Assembly: GCA_039809905.1 (NCBI GenBank)
Contig: JBDHVY010000001.1
Span: forward strand, 420,001-452,000
Source of the DNA: Candidatus Babelota bacterium
GTDB lineage: Bacteria > Babelota > Babeliae > Babelales > Vermiphilaceae
Length of the DNA: 32,000 bases
Direction: 5' to 3'
Part shown: one piece after another, positions 9,801 through 20,692 of the stretch
How the letters are laid out: the number at the start of each line of letters is the position of its first letter
How positions within the stretch are numbered: the stretch's first letter is position 1
Made by a program: the position numbers and the translations under genes
Notes under the pieces: model-generated
Databases searched by the model: none
Told to the model about the DNA's origin: nothing
The model's input: only the letters and a program-made list of their open reading frames with translations

Positions 9801-9894
9801 TAAAAGTAATGGGTAATAAAGAAAATCGGAACGTGTAAGACAATATTTGTACAAACGTTAACAAAACTTACTACACTTTAAAGAAGTTCTATTC

Positions 9895-10467
9895 ATGAAA
9901 AATAAACAAATACTTGTAGCATTAGTCATTATATCTCTCAACTCTCATATCAAAGCAATAGATCCACTCTCTCTGGCTTTATCTGCAGGAAGTAGCATAG
10001 TTGCAAAAATAGTCTTTGATCAGGCAAAAGAATATTATTACGCTGAAGAAAATAGAAATAAACAAACACTCAAAAAACATCTTATTTCAAATGATTTTCG
10101 CTCAGCTATTGTAGATGGGTGTAATGAAAATTTCACCTCAGATTGCACTCAATTTGCCCAAGCTCTTCAAGCAATGGAAAAATATTATGCCGAATATAAT
10201 TTGACATCCTATCTCATGCAGGCAAAAGATGTTTTAAAAAAAGACAACAATAATATTACTAACCCTATTGTGACTGATAAAATTGAGTTCGATAATCCTT
10301 TAACTATTGAATGGTCTTATTTTCAATCATTACCTCTCTCTGAACAAAAAGATCTTTTAGAGCTGCACAGAAAATTAGTTATAACGCATACCCAATCCAA
10401 GAACTATAGACAAGAATTGGAAAATTTTCATATAATTTTTAACGAAAGAAACAAAACAAGGCAGTAA
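9895..10467 (+). CDS. secreted hypothetical protein
   Basis: 190 aa; signal peptide MKNKQILVALVIISLNSHIKA. Confidence 0.7.
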   Translation: MKNKQILVALVIISLNSHIKAIDPLSLALSAGSSIVAKIVFDQAKEYYYAEENRNKQTLKKHLISNDFRSAIVDGCNENFTSDCTQFAQALQAMEKYYAEYNLTSYLMQAKDVLKKDNNNITNPIVTDKIEFDNPLTIEWSYFQSLPLSEQKDLLELHRKLVITHTQSKNYRQELENFHIIFNERNKTRQ

Positions 10468-10482
10468 AAAAATACATAAAAA

Positions 10483-11373
10483 ATGAAGAGACAAATACTC
10501 ATTATCATGCTTTTTATCTTTGAGGCAAGGATTAATGGAATGCAGAGCCTATTAAGCAATACAGAAGTATTTTCATCCATAACTGAACAACTGTGCATTA
10601 TTAATAAATGGAGTCCTAAAAAAATAAAACATCATGTGAAAAACTTGGCATGCTGCAGCAAATTTTTACATCTCCATTATATGGCTGAAAATACTGCTAA
10701 AGAAATTATTAGAAAAACAGGCTTACACAAGAACAAAGATGATTTAACAATCGCAAAATTATTCTGTCATAAAATTATCATTGATAAAATAGAAAATCTT
10801 TTCGGTAAACCACCAAAATATACTCTCAATTTCTGTCCTGATGACTTAAAAGATGGTTGGTATCTCAATGCTACAACTTCTTTTCCACTCGTTGAACCTG
10901 AACAACAAACATTATTGCTTCGAGCAATTGAATTTATTGATATCAATAAAATAACAATGTTAATTAATGCAAAAATAAATCTTCGCTCTAATCGTTGCGA
11001 AAACCCTTTACGATTAGCCTTTCGACGCTATTTTTGCGGAAATAATCCACAAGAAAAGAGTGATTTATTTTGCATTATCACATTATTGCTTGAAAATAAT
11101 TTAGACCCTGACATCACAATTAATATGAAACAAAAGGAAATAACACCATTAATGCAAGCTGGCCTAACAGGTAATCAAAAGCTTGCTGGTTTATTAATGC
11201 AATATGGAGCAAATCCTTATGAAACAATAATATGCCAAGATGAAAAAGATTCTAAAAATAAAATCCTTGTAAACTGTTTTGAATTAGAACAAAGTGTTAC
11301 TTTTCCTTTTCTTGCTAAAGGGTGGCTCAAAACAATGTATAATGAAATTCAAGGCTACAAAAATAAGGGCTAA
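10483..11373 (+). CDS. exported ankyrin-repeat-like protein
   Basis: N-terminal hydrophobic segment; TPLMQAGLTGNQKLAGLLMQYGANPYETI is a canonical ankyrin-like unit, with IDINKITMLINAKINLRSNRCENPLRLAF a weaker one. Confidence 0.7.
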   Translation: MKRQILIIMLFIFEARINGMQSLLSNTEVFSSITEQLCIINKWSPKKIKHHVKNLACCSKFLHLHYMAENTAKEIIRKTGLHKNKDDLTIAKLFCHKIIIDKIENLFGKPPKYTLNFCPDDLKDGWYLNATTSFPLVEPEQQTLLLRAIEFIDINKITMLINAKINLRSNRCENPLRLAFRRYFCGNNPQEKSDLFCIITLLLENNLDPDITINMKQKEITPLMQAGLTGNQKLAGLLMQYGANPYETIICQDEKDSKNKILVNCFELEQSVTFPFLAKGWLKTMYNEIQGYKNKG

Positions 11374-11377
11374 GTTT

Positions 11378-12988
11378 CTAAAACAGCTCATTCACTAACT
11401 GATCAATCTGCTGCGCAGTAACTTCATCTGCCATACATGCATAAAATTTTTCATCATATTCACGCGTTTGAACAACGACCGGCATTGTTACTGCATGTCC
11501 CAATAATAATGCCTGTTTTTTTGTATCCAATGAAGCTAAAATTGACCGCAATGCTGTTGCGCCATTTACACCAGTTAGCACTGCCTGAATATCTTTTTCA
11601 TCATTTAATTGCGCAACAATCTTGGTACCAATTTGAGAAATTATTTCTTGATCAATCCCTGAAGGTCGCTGATCTACCACAAGCAATGAAACATAATATT
11701 TACGCATTTCTCGTGCAATAACGCCAAAAATCGTTTGGCGTGCAGCTTGTGGATTTAAGAATTTATGCGCTTCTTCGATAGTAATCAATAATTTTTTTGG
11801 TTCATCTTCTTTGCGTTGTGATCCCAAAAACTTTTCAGTTTTAGCAACATATTCTGTATGAATACGACGTGAAATAATATTGGCAATAAGCAGATAAACA
11901 AAGGTAGAAGTATAATTACCAAATTCAACAATAACGCTGATTCCTTTATCAATAAATTCCATCATTTGATCAATGACAGGTACATGTGCACCTTGGTGCA
12001 ATGGTTTAAAAAACGGTAAACGCTCAATGCGCTTTAATTTTCTATATAAGGCAGCAATTGATTCTGGATGTGCTCCAATTGATTGGGCAAATTCTTTTAA
12101 ATTCTCACCCTGATTTAATAGCACATACAACCAATCCTGCTTGTATTGGGCAACAATTAAATAGGCAGCTTCGATCGCCGTTGAATGTAAATTCAATTCA
12201 TCTTGTAGTGAAAGTAAATCTTCTACTTGAATGGAATTATATGCAAGAACAATCTCTACATCAGGCGATCCACCTCGCCTACGCGTAGAATCAGGATCTA
12301 AAGAAAATATAGCAACTCGATGAGGAAATAATGTTTTAAGCCCTTTAACAAATGATTGATGTTCTGATTCTTTACGTGCTTGCAAACCGTATTCACTGTG
12401 CATATCAAAAATTAAATTAATTGCTTTATCATTTTTGATAAGTCCTGCAAGAACAAGACGGGTGATAAATGTTTTTCCTGTTCCTGTTTTACCAAAAATA
12501 CCATTACTTCGCTCGGTTAATCTTTCCAAATCAATACACACAGGAGTATTCATATCAAGAGGACATCCAATACTAAAATATTTTTTACTTGGATGAATTT
12601 CATCACCAAAAATTAATGCTACATCTTTTTTATCTGCATCGTATACATACGTAAAATGAGCGGGAATCGTTTTGACCGGAGATGGCTTATTATCTTTGGT
12701 AAGCATCAGCATTGGTTTAAGAACTGCTGTTGCATAGATATCTTTTTGTTTCAACAATGCAGTAAGCAAAGTTTCCTCCGGAGTAGGAGGAAACAATAAA
12801 ATATCAGGATGAGTAACTTCAAGCGCAAGATCTGTAATGAGAGAAAAAAATGTATGTGTCTTACCCACAATCGAAACAAATTTTCCCGTTTTTATTTCTT
12901 CCAATGCAATATCAGGAGAAATACGGATAACAAGACCTTCGGTAAGTGAACCGGATACTATGTGACCAAGAATGCGCTTTAGCCCCAT
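11378..12988 (-). CDS. HerA/DUF87-family ATPase with N-terminal HAS-barrel-like domain
   Basis: GIFGKTGTGKTFITRLVLAGLI (Walker A), KKLLITIEEAHKFLNP (Walker B), AREMRKYYVSLLVVDQRPSGIDQEIISQIGTKIVAQL. Confidence 0.9.
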   Translation of the reverse strand: MGLKRILGHIVSGSLTEGLVIRISPDIALEEIKTGKFVSIVGKTHTFFSLITDLALEVTHPDILLFPPTPEETLLTALLKQKDIYATAVLKPMLMLTKDNKPSPVKTIPAHFTYVYDADKKDVALIFGDEIHPSKKYFSIGCPLDMNTPVCIDLERLTERSNGIFGKTGTGKTFITRLVLAGLIKNDKAINLIFDMHSEYGLQARKESEHQSFVKGLKTLFPHRVAIFSLDPDSTRRRGGSPDVEIVLAYNSIQVEDLLSLQDELNLHSTAIEAAYLIVAQYKQDWLYVLLNQGENLKEFAQSIGAHPESIAALYRKLKRIERLPFFKPLHQGAHVPVIDQMMEFIDKGISVIVEFGNYTSTFVYLLIANIISRRIHTEYVAKTEKFLGSQRKEDEPKKLLITIEEAHKFLNPQAARQTIFGVIAREMRKYYVSLLVVDQRPSGIDQEIISQIGTKIVAQLNDEKDIQAVLTGVNGATALRSILASLDTKKQALLLGHAVTMPVVVQTREYDEKFYACMADEVTAQQIDQLVNELF

Positions 12989-12995
12989 GTTTTTA

Positions 12996-13022
12996 CCCCA
13001 GCTTCGTTGCTCTTTGCTGGGG
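12996..13022 (-). repeat. G/C-run hairpin element, copy E5
   Basis: Minus strand ATTCTATTGGGGTCCCCAGC-aaagagcaacgaa-GCTGGGGTAAAAA, perfect 7-bp stem. Confidence 0.8.
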
Positions 13023-13099
13023 ACCCCAATAGAATAAAACCAAATTCAAAATATTCACGTATGAGGCTCCATCAACAAACAAGCAATTAAACCAGCTTA

Positions 13100-13354
13100 T
13101 TATTTTTCATCCTGCCCAATTAATGCCATTGCGCCTTTTCGCGTTATTTCCAAAAAACCTGGACGCTCAAGATGAATAACTCTTTTTTCATCGGTAGATT
13201 CTAGCACAAATGAAAAATCACTACCAGCAGAAAGAGACATAATAATAGGCGCATGATCGGGTTGTATAATAAGGGCACCCATTGGAGTTTGTGCTTCAAT
13301 CCACCGCACTGTATATTCATGCTCATGTTGCGGACTAACTATGGTAAGCTTCAT
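13100..13354 (-). CDS. atpC: F1Fo ATP synthase epsilon subunit (short form)
   Basis: 84 aa: MKLTIVSPQHEHEY...TPMGALIIQPDHAPIIMSLSAGSDFSFV..., directly downstream of atpD; lacks the C-terminal helical part. Confidence 0.85.
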   Translation of the reverse strand: MKLTIVSPQHEHEYTVRWIEAQTPMGALIIQPDHAPIIMSLSAGSDFSFVLESTDEKRVIHLERPGFLEITRKGAMALIGQDEK

Positions 13355-13360
13355 GAACCA

Positions 13361-14869
<1,509 letters not shown>

Positions 14870-14997
14870 TTAACCTAAACCATGTACGTTTCTTTGTAAA
14901 GAAAGAGCCATAAAAAAAGATCCTGCATATAGAGCAAGACCTTTTTTGTCTTTTTTTGTAATATTAGCAAAAATCATTTAAATCTTTTATGGGGTTA

Positions 14998-15023
14998 CCC
15001 ATGCGAAAAGCACTGAGCATGGG
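14998..15023 (+). repeat. G/C-run hairpin element, copy E6
   Basis: GGGGTTACCCATGC-gaaaagcactga-GCATGGGGTATAA. Confidence 0.75.
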
Positions 15024-15029
15024 GTATAA

Positions 15030-15485
15030 TTATTGAGCTTCACGCAATCCCTTAAGAAATCTATCATTTGTAGCATTACGCGCAATACCTTTAGTTAAAC
15101 TCATCAGACGACTCAAATACCATTCATCATCACGACTGGCTTCTCTTTTATCATAGTTTCTCACGTGCTGGACAAGCACTAACCATCCTTTTTTCTTGCT
15201 CATTTCGCTCGGTTCAAGTTCTGATAAAATTAATGGCCATATGTTAGTTTTAAAGCCATCAATTAATTTTTGAATATCACCCTCAGGAGCAGAAGTACTC
15301 ACTAATATATCATAAACGTCGATACTAGATGCTATCGCTTGCATGAGTTTGTCAAAATCTTCACGCAAAGCTTTTTTACGATACCCACGCTCTTCCTGCG
15401 GTAACTTTGTTCTGTGCGAACCATAACTTTCCTGCGCACCAAATAAGCAACAGAACACACTAGCCATTACAATAAATCTTTTCAT
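15030..15485 (-). CDS. secreted hypothetical protein
   Basis: Signal peptide MKRFIVMASVFCCLFGAQES; 151 aa. Confidence 0.7.
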   Translation of the reverse strand: MKRFIVMASVFCCLFGAQESYGSHRTKLPQEERGYRKKALREDFDKLMQAIASSIDVYDILVSTSAPEGDIQKLIDGFKTNIWPLILSELEPSEMSKKKGWLVLVQHVRNYDKREASRDDEWYLSRLMSLTKGIARNATNDRFLKGLREAQ

Positions 15486-15569
15486 GATAAAACCCCCTTT
15501 TTAATAATATATCCAATTTGAATATTATCAAAAAGGGGGTTTTAATAACAAGAATTATTTTTTATAGCA

Positions 15570-16313
15570 TCACGATCTATCAAGATTCGCATCAAAAGTA
15601 ATCTTGTTTGCTAAATTATCTTTTTCATACAGAGTAACGGTAAAATCGGATCGATAATCAGAAGACTTTACAAAAATAAGACCTTCGTATTTCTCTCCAG
15701 ATTCAACAACTATGTTTCTATCAATTATTTTAGCTTGAAGATCATGATGTATACGACGGTTCATAACAATAGATTTAATACCACCGCCTAAGAACGCAAG
15801 AGACGTTATATATGAAGCAACACCAACACATGCCGCGACTGTTGCTAATGGTAAAACTATAACACCTGTCATAACCGAAACAGCTGGAGCAGTAAAAAGC
15901 ATGTTAATTGTTGCAGCCGAAGTAAAAGATACGGCTTTTGCACCAACAGCTCCTGTTAAACGACCAAAACTACTTGTTTTTTTAGTTTTTTTAACAAGAT
16001 CTGTGTACGAAAGATATGGGATATTAATATCTTCAGGGGAAATGATATAATCACGCGAATTTATATTATAAACCGTAAGATAAATGATCTGCGTATCAGA
16101 TAAGTTTTTAATACGATCATCAAATATATAGCTCGCTTCAGCACGATTTAATCGTTTAGCAGAAACAGTAATTCCTTTGTGTGTACTTGTATAAGCACAA
16201 TTATTTTTAAATATATGCAATGGCTTTGATCTATACGTTGGTACACGAACACATCCCGGCAATATCACCAACCCGGCTAAAAAGAGCCCCATACTGACTT
16301 TATTTATTTTCAC
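15570..16313 (-). CDS. putative lipoprotein, hypothetical
   Basis: Lipobox in MKINKVSMGLFLAGLVILPGC; 247 aa. Confidence 0.75.
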   Translation of the reverse strand: MKINKVSMGLFLAGLVILPGCVRVPTYRSKPLHIFKNNCAYTSTHKGITVSAKRLNRAEASYIFDDRIKNLSDTQIIYLTVYNINSRDYIISPEDINIPYLSYTDLVKKTKKTSSFGRLTGAVGAKAVSFTSAATINMLFTAPAVSVMTGVIVLPLATVAACVGVASYITSLAFLGGGIKSIVMNRRIHHDLQAKIIDRNIVVESGEKYEGLIFVKSSDYRSDFTVTLYEKDNLANKITFDANLDRS

Positions 16314-16515
16314 AGCAACCCCCTAAAAATTACTTATTGAATTCTAAGTAAAACTATAATTTACAATATTTGTTATTTATAATACATCAGGTGGCTGGCA
16401 AGCGCAAAAGCCCCCATTAAATGGAGATATCTGTTAAAATTGTGCTTGAAACTGAAATAAGATAAGCTTGAGCGCAAGGAAATGATTAGCAATAAAAATC
16501 CTATTACTACGGGAT

Positions 16516-16544
16516 CCCCATTCGATATACAATGGAAAATGGGG
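16516..16544 (+). repeat. G/C-run hairpin element, copy E7
   Basis: CGGGATCCCCATT-cgatatacaatggaa-AATGGGGTTG, perfect 7-bp stem. Confidence 0.75.
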
Positions 16545-16561
16545 TTGAAAAAAAGGAAAAA

Positions 16562-17884
16562 ATGAACTCTCTAACCTTCGACTACCAAAACACCTGCCAA
16601 ATCAACGAATCGGAGTTGAGCCTTACATTCAATGAGCTTCTACCAGAAATTGACCGTATTACTGCCTCTAGCTCCAATTACACAACAGACTATGGGTCAA
16701 CTCATCTTCCTTTTGATGAAGCATTATTAAAAACCATAATGGCAACCGTTAAAGAAAAAAAATCACTTCACCCAACCACATTGGTAGTAATTGGAATCGG
16801 CGGATCAAATCTTGGAACAATAGCAGTGCTTGAAGCATTGAGGGGAAAGTTTTACAACGAGCATCATGCAACCAAGGTTTATTTTGCAGATACTGTTGAT
16901 ACTGATAATATTTCTGATATCGCGCAATTAGTTGAACATCAGCTAGCAACTGGTCACAACATCATAATCAACGTGATTAGTAAATCAGGAACAACAACGG
17001 AAACCATCGCTAACCTTGAGATATTTCTTGAAATACTCAAAAGTCATCGCCCATATAATTACCAAGACTTTGTTGTTGCTACAACCGACGGCGGATCAGC
17101 TCTTTATAAGCTTTGCCAACAAGAGGAATTTTCTGTTCTAGAAATTCCATTACATGTCGGCGGCAGATATTCAGTATTTTCTGCAGTAGGATTATTTCCA
17201 CTTTGCTTTTTAGACATTGATTGCAAGCAGCTTCTTCAGGGAGCACGAATTGGTTTTGAGCTTTGCACACAAAAGACGATGTATGAAAACTACGCTGCAC
17301 TGAGCGCCATTATTATTGCTGCCCACTACAATAAAACTCGTATTATTCATGACACCTTTTTATTTTCAGTTGCTCTTGAAAGTTTAGGCGCATGGTATCG
17401 GCAACTATCAGCAGAGAGCCTTGGTAAGGCTTTCGATAACAAGAATAACAAAATTAATATTGGATTATTACCAACTATTTCTATCGGTAGCACTGATTTG
17501 CACTCTGTTGCACAACTTTATTTAGCCGGTCCCGATAATAGATTTACTACATTTTTAACTATTGCTCAGTCAAAAACAAATCTTTTATTGCCAGAATACC
17601 ATGAATACGAATCTCTGGTAGAACATATCCAAGGAAAATCACTTTCCACTATCATGGATGCCATTTTACAAGGAACAAAACAAGCATACCTGAAAGACAA
17701 GCGCCCATTTGTATCATTTATTTTGCCTGAAAAATCTGCTTTCTATATCGGCGAATGTATGCAAATTAAAATGATTGAAATAATGTACGTAGGATTTTTG
17801 CTTGATGTTAATCCTTTTGATCAACCAGAAGTGGAAAAATATAAAAAAGAAACAAGAAATTTACTTAAAAACTTAGCCTTATAA
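16562..17884 (+). CDS. pgi: Glucose-6-phosphate isomerase
   Basis: VVIGIGGSNLGTIAVLEAL, VISKSGTTTETIANLEI, VGGRYSVFSAVGLFPL; start chosen at MNSLTFDYQ with aaaaagg RBS instead of 16532. Confidence 0.93.
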   Translation: MNSLTFDYQNTCQINESELSLTFNELLPEIDRITASSSNYTTDYGSTHLPFDEALLKTIMATVKEKKSLHPTTLVVIGIGGSNLGTIAVLEALRGKFYNEHHATKVYFADTVDTDNISDIAQLVEHQLATGHNIIINVISKSGTTTETIANLEIFLEILKSHRPYNYQDFVVATTDGGSALYKLCQQEEFSVLEIPLHVGGRYSVFSAVGLFPLCFLDIDCKQLLQGARIGFELCTQKTMYENYAALSAIIIAAHYNKTRIIHDTFLFSVALESLGAWYRQLSAESLGKAFDNKNNKINIGLLPTISIGSTDLHSVAQLYLAGPDNRFTTFLTIAQSKTNLLLPEYHEYESLVEHIQGKSLSTIMDAILQGTKQAYLKDKRPFVSFILPEKSAFYIGECMQIKMIEIMYVGFLLDVNPFDQPEVEKYKKETRNLLKNLAL

Positions 17885-18338
17885 AAAATGAGGCGCACAA
17901 GGCAGCCAATAAATTACTGGCTAGGGAAAGTATAAAAAAATGTGCCACAAAAAAAGGGCGCCAATAATTAATAATACAGTAAAATAAGCCTTGTAATAGC
18001 GATAAAATACCACCCAAGATTAATGATGCATCAAGAGGATTATAAACATTTGGCACGCCACCACCTATAAATTTCCAATGAAAAAAATTAATCAAAAGAC
18101 ACGAAACAAAAATAAAATAAGTAATAATAGCAAATGCATATGATCCTATTGTTAGAAAAAGTGCAGATAAAAGACGCATACGCGCCATTAAAATAAACAT
18201 GAACCAGGTAAAAATAAGTCCCAAGGTAAGTTGGTACCATCCCCATGCCATCATCCACAATAGTTCATCTACAAAAAATGTTACACATTCTGTTATCATT
18301 ATATTTCCAATTTTTTTAAAAAATAAAAAACCTATCAA
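17865..18338 (-). CDS. multi-pass membrane hypothetical protein
   Basis: 157 aa, very hydrophobic, several predicted TM segments; convergent 20-nt overlap with pgi 3' end. Confidence 0.55.
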   Translation of the reverse strand: MIGFLFFKKIGNIMITECVTFFVDELLWMMAWGWYQLTLGLIFTWFMFILMARMRLLSALFLTIGSYAFAIITYFIFVSCLLINFFHWKFIGGGVPNVYNPLDASLILGGILSLLQGLFYCIINYWRPFFVAHFFILSLASNLLAALCASFFIRLSF

Positions 18339-18348
18339 TCCGCCGTCC

Positions 18349-18373
18349 CCACATGAAGTATCACATAACGTGG
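18349..18373 (-). repeat. possible degenerate G/C-run hairpin element, copy E9
   Basis: Plus strand GTCC-CCACAT-gaagtatcacata-ACGTGG; 13-nt loop as in other copies but the outer stem is lost. Confidence 0.3.
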
Positions 18374-18444
18374 CTACACATACTTGTCAAACAATAAAAA
18401 TTATTAGTATCTTATATCAGCTTTCATTAAAAAAGGAACCTCTC

Positions 18445-19212
18445 ATGTGTAATTTTAAAATTCGTCCATTTTTTTTATCACTATTACTGTTACCTCCATT
18501 ATATGTACGCGCTAATGACCTGACAATAGACAGAATAGCCCCTTATAATAATGGCAACACAGTAAATGCATCACCAGTATTTAATACAGAAATCAAACCA
18601 AAATTTGTCACCCACACTAATTCTATCATCAATGCAATCGGCATAAAGGTAGGAGATATTTATGTTTTTTTTTCAAACATGGCACGAGAAACAATAACAA
18701 AAGATAATTATGAACTCCTAAAAAAAGTTATTAAAGAATTATTATGGCAAAATCGTTATAAAATTGCCGGGGGCACTGTGTTAGGATCATACAGCACTGC
18801 AAGTCTATTATTGATTAACGATTACCATCAATTAAATAACAATATGTTTTGGGCTCAATGGAAAAGACAATCTACATTTGAAGATTTGTGCGCAATTCCT
18901 CAAAAAGAACTTGCAAAAGAGCTTCTGCTTGCAATTGGACAATACCACTATAATAAAGATAATCCAACAGATCTTGCATATCCACTTATTACCTTTATCA
19001 AAGATATTGATTGGGAAATAAATACTATCAAGCGTTACATAGCAACTACAAAAACGATAAAACAATTATGCCTCATGCCATTATTTCCCACCAATGATCA
19101 TAAACTTAATAGAGCTACAAAAATGCTTGAACGAGCATTATTTATCAAACATATCTTTTTATCATGGCTTGCTGATTATAATTTAACTAATACGGAAAAA
19201 TTGAATGGATAA
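18445..19212 (+). CDS. secreted hypothetical protein
   Basis: Start at MCNFKIRPFFLSLLLLPPLYVRAND (aaaaggaa RBS); upstream 82 codons of ORF 18199 look non-coding. Confidence 0.65.
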   Translation: MCNFKIRPFFLSLLLLPPLYVRANDLTIDRIAPYNNGNTVNASPVFNTEIKPKFVTHTNSIINAIGIKVGDIYVFFSNMARETITKDNYELLKKVIKELLWQNRYKIAGGTVLGSYSTASLLLINDYHQLNNNMFWAQWKRQSTFEDLCAIPQKELAKELLLAIGQYHYNKDNPTDLAYPLITFIKDIDWEINTIKRYIATTKTIKQLCLMPLFPTNDHKLNRATKMLERALFIKHIFLSWLADYNLTNTEKLNG

Positions 19213-19225
19213 AATAATTATTTAA

Positions 19226-20593
19226 TCACAAACTCCCAACAGCTAAAAAGTTTGATAAAGCGAAAGTTAGTTTCGTTCCCAAAATTCTTTGCGTAACTGA
19301 TCCAAGCTTAAATGATCTATACGGTGAAAGATATGCATCAAATTCAGTATTATTATTTATAATACGATCAGCGCAATGCGTGCCTAATGCTGCTGCCACC
19401 GGCAACCCACATGCACCTGCAATATAATAAACAGATGGCATTTTTTCATCAAAACCTGCAACGGGAAAAACATCTTTACTAATTCCCACAATACCTGGCC
19501 AAATATATTCAAATTCAAGATTGGCTGATGGAAAATGTTTATGAGCATATGCAATTAATTTTTTTGCCACTCGCGCATTATTGTGCGATTCATTCATATA
19601 GGTATAAAACAAATCAGATCCACCAAGCATTAATCTCTTATCACCGGTTAAGCGATAATAGTTATAAATCATATCAGTATCCCAGACCATAAATGATTTG
19701 GTAGGAAAAATGCTTTTAACTTGTGCATCTGAAAGTGGTGTGGATACCATCAAAAATGTTTGTACATGATATATTTTATCCCACAAACTTTGTGATAGTG
19801 CTGGCTCAAAACGATCAGTACACACAACAATATGATCTGCTTTAATTGTTGCATACGGCGTAGTTACTTTTTTTTCCGCAATATGTGTTGCTGGTGTTTC
19901 CTCATAAATCTGCATACCTTCTTTTTGTAAAACTTGTTTCATTTCAAGACAATAATTATACGCTCTGATACCAAAAGTATTTCCGTATGCTATGCCACCC
20001 ATATAATTTTCAGAACCAATAACAGAACTTAGCGCATCTTGCGTATACAAAGTACTGGTGTATCCTGATTGCTGACGGTTGTGGTATTCTTTTTGTATAT
20101 CATTTTTAAATGCGCGAGTAGTAGTTGCTAAAATAAGCGTATCTTGCAGTTGATAATCACAATCGAGATTATATTTTTTAATGTTACTTTCTATCGTATT
20201 AACACCAGAACTTATCAACTCCCATAATTTTTTTCCCGCATCATTGCCAAACATATTTTGCAATTCAAATAACGACAATTCTGAATCAGGAGTTATAAAA
20301 CCAGAACTTTTACCTGAAGCACCGGCTCCACAGCAATTTTTTTCAATCAATACAACTTTGCGACCTTTTTCATGAAATGCCTGAGCAGTAGTAATTCCTG
20401 CCATTCCTCCGCCAATCACCAGAACATCTGTAGAAATATCATGAGTAAGCGGTTGGGCTTTTGTGGTGTTAAGGTACCAAAATACTTGATCTTGCGGTAA
20501 AAGTTGCATAAATAAATCCTTTTTTTTACTTTTTTGAATGATATGAAATATCGATCCAGACATGCTTTTTATTATATTTATGTAAATTATCAA
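19226..20593 (-). CDS. DAO-type FAD-dependent oxidoreductase
   Basis: DVLVIGGGMAGITTAQAFHEKGRKVVLIEKNCCGAGASGKSSGFI; WPGIVGISKDVFPVAG...YYIAGACGLPVAAALGTHCADRI. Confidence 0.88.
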   Translation of the reverse strand: MIIYINIIKSMSGSIFHIIQKSKKKDLFMQLLPQDQVFWYLNTTKAQPLTHDISTDVLVIGGGMAGITTAQAFHEKGRKVVLIEKNCCGAGASGKSSGFITPDSELSLFELQNMFGNDAGKKLWELISSGVNTIESNIKKYNLDCDYQLQDTLILATTTRAFKNDIQKEYHNRQQSGYTSTLYTQDALSSVIGSENYMGGIAYGNTFGIRAYNYCLEMKQVLQKEGMQIYEETPATHIAEKKVTTPYATIKADHIVVCTDRFEPALSQSLWDKIYHVQTFLMVSTPLSDAQVKSIFPTKSFMVWDTDMIYNYYRLTGDKRLMLGGSDLFYTYMNESHNNARVAKKLIAYAHKHFPSANLEFEYIWPGIVGISKDVFPVAGFDEKMPSVYYIAGACGLPVAAALGTHCADRIINNNTEFDAYLSPYRSFKLGSVTQRILGTKLTFALSNFLAVGSL

Positions 20594-20692
20594 TCAGATT
20601 AGCGGATTTGCAAGATTTTTACTAAATTGACAAATTGTCGATATTTGATAAGATTATAAATAATCAAAAACCTTCTACAAAAAGGATATTAT

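Noticed and set aside
18199-18444. N-terminal 82-codon extension of ORF 18199..19212
   Set aside because: Overlaps the minus-strand membrane protein gene and the degenerate hairpin; a signal peptide and good RBS occur at ATG 18445.
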